Below are positions 61,962 to 64,000 of a stretch of DNA of 64,000 nucleotides, piece by piece. A program made the position numbers and the translations under genes. Each line of letters begins with the position of its first letter. The first letter of the stretch is position 1. The notes below the pieces were generated by a model. That model did not search any database. It was given only the letters and a program-made list of their open reading frames with translations, and was not told the DNA's origin. This DNA comes from Corynebacterium sp. (GTDB lineage: Bacteria; Actinomycetota; Actinomycetes; Mycobacteriales; Mycobacteriaceae). The stretch is taken from contig NZ_JAUNKC010000007.1 of assembly GCF_030532965.1 (NCBI RefSeq), positions 50,046 through 114,045 of the forward strand, in the 5' to 3' direction.

Positions 61962-61977
61962 ACACAATATGTAGTAT
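61962..61977. promoter_or_regulatory. Candidate NrdR box ACACAATATGTAGTAT upstream of nrdD.
   Basis: Partial match to the NrdR-box consensus acaCwAtATaTwGtgt. ~65 nt upstream of the nrdD start. Confidence 0.3.
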
Positions 61978-62042
61978 TAACCGTAATTTTCAGTGGAATA
62001 TCTTGTGCCACTTTTCGATTAGCTGCCATTATGGTGGACGGC

Positions 62043-63869
62043 ATGACAACCATCAATCCACACGCCACCCACCCCCAGACCCCTACCGAAAACAACCTTC
62101 GGGAAAGCACAACCAGCATCAACGAGTACCTGACCCGCTCCGATTGGCGGATCAATGCAAACGCCAACCAGGGCTATAGCTTAGGTGGACTGATTCTCAA
62201 CACCGCCGGAAAAGCCATGGCCAATTACTTCCTTGATGAGGTCTTCTCCCCCGCCGCCAACGCCGCCCACCGCAGCGGCGATATCCACATCCACGACCTG
62301 GACATGCTGTCGGGCTATTGCGCCGGGTGGTCACTGCGGCAACTACTCGAACAAGGCTTCAACGGGGTACCGGGCACCATTTCCTCCGCACCGCCGAAGC
62401 ACTTTAGTTCCGCCTGCGGCCAAGTGGTCAATTTCCTCGGCACCTTGCAAAACGAATGGGCTGGCGCCCAGGCTTTTAGCTCCTTTGACACCTATATGGC
62501 GCCCTTCGTGCGGCTTGATAACCTGCGATATAACGACGTGTTGCAGGTGATCCAGGAGTTTGTTTTCAACCTCAACGTCCCATCGCGCTGGGGCACCCAA
62601 ACGCCTTTTACCAACCTGACCTTCGACTGGACCTGCCCTGCCGACCTGCGCGACCAAGTACCGTTCATCGGGGAGGAACCACAGGACTTCTATTACGGTG
62701 ACCTGCAACCCGAAATGGATCTGATCAATCGGGCCTTCATTGAGGTTCTCTCCGGCGGGGATGCCGACGGACGGCCGTTTACCTTCCCCATCCCTACCTA
62801 TAACATCACCAAGGACTTCGACTGGGATAGCCCCAATGCGCAGGCACTATTCACCATGACCGCACGATACGGCCTGCCGTATTTCCAAAACTTTATTAAC
62901 TCCGACCTCGACCCGGGCATGATCCGCTCCATGTGCTGCCGATTGCAATTAGACATGCGCGAGCTGCTCAAACGCGGCAACGGCCTGTTCGGCTCGGCCG
63001 AATTGACTGGTTCCATCGGGGTGGTCACCCTTAACTGCGCACGGCTAGGTTACCTGCACCCAGGCGACGAGCCGGGACTTCGTGCCCGCGTCGACAAGCT
63101 CATCGACATCGCCATCGACACCCTGGAACGTCGGCGGGAATTCGTTGCACACAATCTCGAAGCCGGGCTATACCCGTATACCGCCCGGTGGCTCCCCAGC
63201 CTGGATAATCACTTTTCGACGATCGGCGTCAACGGCTGCAACGAAATGGTGCGAAACTTCAGCCACGACCGCCTCGACATCACTGACGAGGAAGGAAAAC
63301 AACTAGTCACCCGGCTACTCGACCACATTAACCGGCGACTGACCGCCGCCCAGGAAGCAACCGGGCACCTGTATAACCTGGAAGCAACCCCGGCGGAAGG
63401 CACCACCTACCGGTTTGCCAAAGAAGACATCGCCCGCTTCCCCGACATTGTGCACGCCGGCAGCGACAGCCAACCGTATTACACCAATTCCTCCCAACTA
63501 CCCGTCGCCCACACCCCCGACCCGTTTGTCGCCTTGGAACACCAAGACGAACTGCAAACCAAATACACAGGTGGTACCGTGCTGCACCTCTACATGGGGG
63601 CTGCCATGTCCGACGGCGTCGCCTGCGCCAAACTGGTGCGACGCGCCCTGGAAAACTACCAGCTGCCGTACATCACCATCACCCCGACCTATTCCATTTG
63701 CCCTAACCACGGCTACATTTCCGGTGAACACCCCACCTGCCCCGACTGTGCCGCCGAAACTGAAATGTGGACCCGGGTCATGGGGTACTTCCGCCCCGTC
63801 CAAAGCTTCAATATCGGAAAGAAAGGCGAGTTCCATGAACGACGCTATTTCAGCGAAACCTACGCCTAA
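62043..63869 (+). CDS. nrdD: Anaerobic ribonucleoside-triphosphate reductase (class III).
   Basis: C-terminal Zn-ribbon CPNHGY...CPDC. Glycyl-radical region RVMGYFRP. Start ATG 62043 (GGTGGA SD-like). The ORF-track start 61842 is unlikely. Confidence 0.85.
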   Translation: MTTINPHATHPQTPTENNLRESTTSINEYLTRSDWRINANANQGYSLGGLILNTAGKAMANYFLDEVFSPAANAAHRSGDIHIHDLDMLSGYCAGWSLRQLLEQGFNGVPGTISSAPPKHFSSACGQVVNFLGTLQNEWAGAQAFSSFDTYMAPFVRLDNLRYNDVLQVIQEFVFNLNVPSRWGTQTPFTNLTFDWTCPADLRDQVPFIGEEPQDFYYGDLQPEMDLINRAFIEVLSGGDADGRPFTFPIPTYNITKDFDWDSPNAQALFTMTARYGLPYFQNFINSDLDPGMIRSMCCRLQLDMRELLKRGNGLFGSAELTGSIGVVTLNCARLGYLHPGDEPGLRARVDKLIDIAIDTLERRREFVAHNLEAGLYPYTARWLPSLDNHFSTIGVNGCNEMVRNFSHDRLDITDEEGKQLVTRLLDHINRRLTAAQEATGHLYNLEATPAEGTTYRFAKEDIARFPDIVHAGSDSQPYYTNSSQLPVAHTPDPFVALEHQDELQTKYTGGTVLHLYMGAAMSDGVACAKLVRRALENYQLPYITITPTYSICPNHGYISGEHPTCPDCAAETEMWTRVMGYFRPVQSFNIGKKGEFHERRYFSETYA

Positions 63870-64000
63870 CCCGCTTCCGATAGCAGGAATCATTCCGTTC
63901 TCCGCCACCGACTGGCCCGGGAAAATCACCGTCACCGCATTCACCCAAGGGTGCCCACTACGCTGCTTGTACTGCCACAATCCGCAGCTGCAACCATTCG
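63836..64000 (+). CDS. nrdG: Anaerobic RNR activating protein (radical SAM), 3'-truncated by the window edge.
   Basis: MNDAISAKP...GCPLRCLYCHNP radical-SAM CxxxCxxC motif. Overlaps the nrdD 3' end. Confidence 0.6.

Noticed and set aside
1-64000. Searched all intergenic stretches for tRNA-like acceptor/T-arm signatures, rRNA, CRISPR repeat-spacer arrays, transposase or integrase ORFs and terminal inverted repeats of IS elements
   Set aside because: None were found. The only tandem repeats (18221-18260) are 10-bp units without spacers. No GTTCGA(A/G)TC T-arm motifs occur in intergenic DNA.

Overview
This is a 64-kb chromosomal window from a high-GC Actinobacterium. Gene content and order (rpsL-rpsG-fusA, tuf, S10 ribosomal operon; Corynebacterium-like ribosomal protein sequences) point to Corynebacterium or a close relative; that placement is inference only. 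All calls rest on reading the sequence and the supplied ORF translations. No database search was run, and the family-level calls for DUF1963, SUKH, Abi_2 and the SLOG-like protein need HMM confirmation.

Core content, on the minus strand unless noted:
- A complete L-fucose catabolic operon (ABC importer-fucI-fucK-fucA-fucU-LacI regulator-aldehyde dehydrogenase) with a candidate LacI operator.
- The S10 ribosomal-protein operon (rpsJ to rpsQ), and tuf, fusA, rpsG, rpsL.
- A dipeptide/oligopeptide ABC operon (+).
- A maltodextrin locus (malEFG-like, GH13 alpha-glucosidase, pullulanase, msiK).
- Two ABC-2 exporters, one coupled to a NarL-type two-component system.
- Three S1 serine proteases.
- nrdDG (+).

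Accessory content lies between the fuc operon and the S10 operon terminator (about 12.7-22.3 kb):
- A native-GC operon of a small membrane peptide, two tandem DUF1963 (YwqG-like) paralogs and an acidic 411-aa protein.
- A clearly lower-GC island carrying an AAA ATPase with a C-terminal wHTH, a DoxX-like membrane protein, a SUKH-like (SMI1/KNR4) protein and an Abi_2-family abortive-infection protein.

Beyond gene calls:
- The motif GCGTCGAAAAGC is strongly over-represented, with at least 9 copies, and occurs at two sites as inverted pairs.
- There are paralogous C-terminally membrane-anchored S1 protease/coiled-coil proteins.
- There are several regulatory palindromes and terminators.

No tRNA, rRNA, CRISPR array, transposase or integrase was recognised.
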